Source: Candidatus Aceula meridiana
GTDB lineage: Bacteria > Omnitrophota > Gorgyraeia > Zapsychrales > Aceulaceae
NCBI GenBank assembly: GCA_030765185.1
Contig: JAVCDE010000011.1
Location: 1-60,247, forward strand
DNA length: 60,247 nt
Reading direction: 5' to 3'
Content: more notes on this DNA, generated by a model
The model's database searches: none
Seen by the model: only the letters and a program-made list of their open reading frames with translations
Told to the model about the DNA's origin: nothing
The DNA itself: not shown here
How positions within the stretch are numbered: the stretch's first letter is position 1

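Noticed and set aside
22331-59514. All track ORFs within the giant gene, including the 224-aa antisense ORF 48659-49333
   Set aside because: They overlap the frame +3 ORF, which carries the recognisable domains; they have no motifs of their own.
1-60247. CRISPR array, rRNA, tRNA, integrase or prophage genes
   Set aside because: No regularly spaced repeat-spacer array or RNA-gene signature seen; the long repeats are in-frame coding duplications.

Overview
AT-rich bacterial window in two parts. (1) About 1-20.9 kb is a Tad/Flp (type IVc) pilus locus. It has a parvulin PPIase lipoprotein, cpaB, a secretin fused to a TonB C-terminal domain, a CpaE-CpaF (TadZ-TadA) fusion ATPase, DUF192, a zinc-ribbon protein, an HTH/transposase-like protein, 14 tandem pilin/pseudopilin genes (some very large and Cys-rich), tadB and tadC. 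(2) A single giant ORF missing from the supplied ORF track starts at ATG 21591 (frame +3) and appears to run without a stop to the window end (>12,880 codons). I translated many stretches by hand, not every codon. Motifs seen, in order: signal/TM segment, C39 peptidase, repeats, Gly/Ala-rich hydrophobic regions, an HExxH zincin, TPR-like helices, a SAM methyltransferase, a caspase-fold (clan CD) protease, two ParB/Srx-like domains between ~300-nt direct repeats, a GNAT, a multi-TM block, coiled coils, peptidoglycan-binding motifs, a degenerate M23/LytM domain, TolC-like segments, a beta-barrel-like region and the start of an acidic repeat. The organisation resembles the Tad-plus-giant-gene loci of Candidatus Omnitrophota (inference). 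All domain calls are motif recognition by eye, not database searches.
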